This document shows positions 55,821-56,018 of a DNA stretch of 56,018 nucleotides, piece after piece (positions within the stretch are counted from its first letter, which is position 1; every line of letters starts with the position of its first letter). This DNA comes from a virus (taxonomy: Duplodnaviria; Heunggongvirae; Uroviricota; Caudoviricetes). Made by a program: the position numbers and the translations under genes. Below the pieces are notes generated by a model. That model did not search any database. It saw only the letters and a list, made by a program, of their open reading frames with translations, and was not told where the DNA came from. Where the stretch lies: the IMG/VR virus record IMGVR_UViG_3300042484_002423. One strand, 5' to 3'.

Positions 55821-56018
55821 CTAGCAGGCCATCTCATTGAGGTGCCGCAGGCAGCGATTTTGATATTGAACAAACCGATCAAGGTATTGAGCATTGAACA
55901 CCTGTTCAAGCTCGTTATAATTCTTAATAAGCGATTGTTTTGAGTAGTCTATGGCCCGATGAGAGGTAAGTGTGCGGTGTTGAATCAAGTCGTCAAATTC
56001 ATAAATGTAAAAATTTAG
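55821..56018 (-). CDS. C-terminal part of a hypothetical protein (runs off the right edge)
   Basis: Open frame LNFYIYEFDD...IKNYNELEQ...EMAC* ending in TAG at 55821. Confidence 0.6.
   Translation of the reverse strand, partial: LNFYIYEFDDLIQHRTLTSHRAIDYSKQSLIKNYNELEQVFNAQYLDRFVQYQNRCLRHLNEMAC

Noticed and set aside
1-56018. Alternative genetic code (stop recoding)
   Set aside because: All core genes are full length in code 11, and TAA, TGA and TAG all terminate genes at operon junctions
1-56018. tRNA or rRNA genes
   Set aside because: No cloverleaf with T-loop GTTCRA and acceptor stem found in any intergenic gap

Overview
This window is the virion morphogenesis region of a large T4-superfamily myophage, probably a jumbo 'hairy' type with a sigma70-using bacterial host; no host genes are visible. 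Head genes: portal gp20, protease gp21, scaffold gp22, capsid gp23. Neck and tail genes: gp13/14/15, sheath gp18, tube gp19, tape measure and baseplate hub. It also holds gp4, dNMP kinase, gp46/gp47, two homing endonucleases, a 2494-aa collagen-like fibre and a 1014-aa fibre, flanked by glycan- or small-molecule-modifying enzymes (TPR-glycosyltransferase, FkbM, radical SAM, 2OG oxygenase, SDR). Top leads: (1) a ~390-nt non-coding, helix-dense, pseudoknotted RNA candidate (48330-48720, minus) downstream of a stand-alone GIY-YIG domain and a Zn-ribbon ORF; (2) a DUF1415-like / ATE_C(Bpt)-like / DUF6614-like cassette converging on that RNA; (3) candidate capsid-packaged proteins with T4 capsid-targeting-like N-termini and many gp21-type cleavage sites; (4) a candidate ~106-nt sRNA; (5) many apparently leaderless transcripts and several structured leaders. 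All family assignments come from motif recognition by eye, with no database search. RNA pairings were derived by hand.
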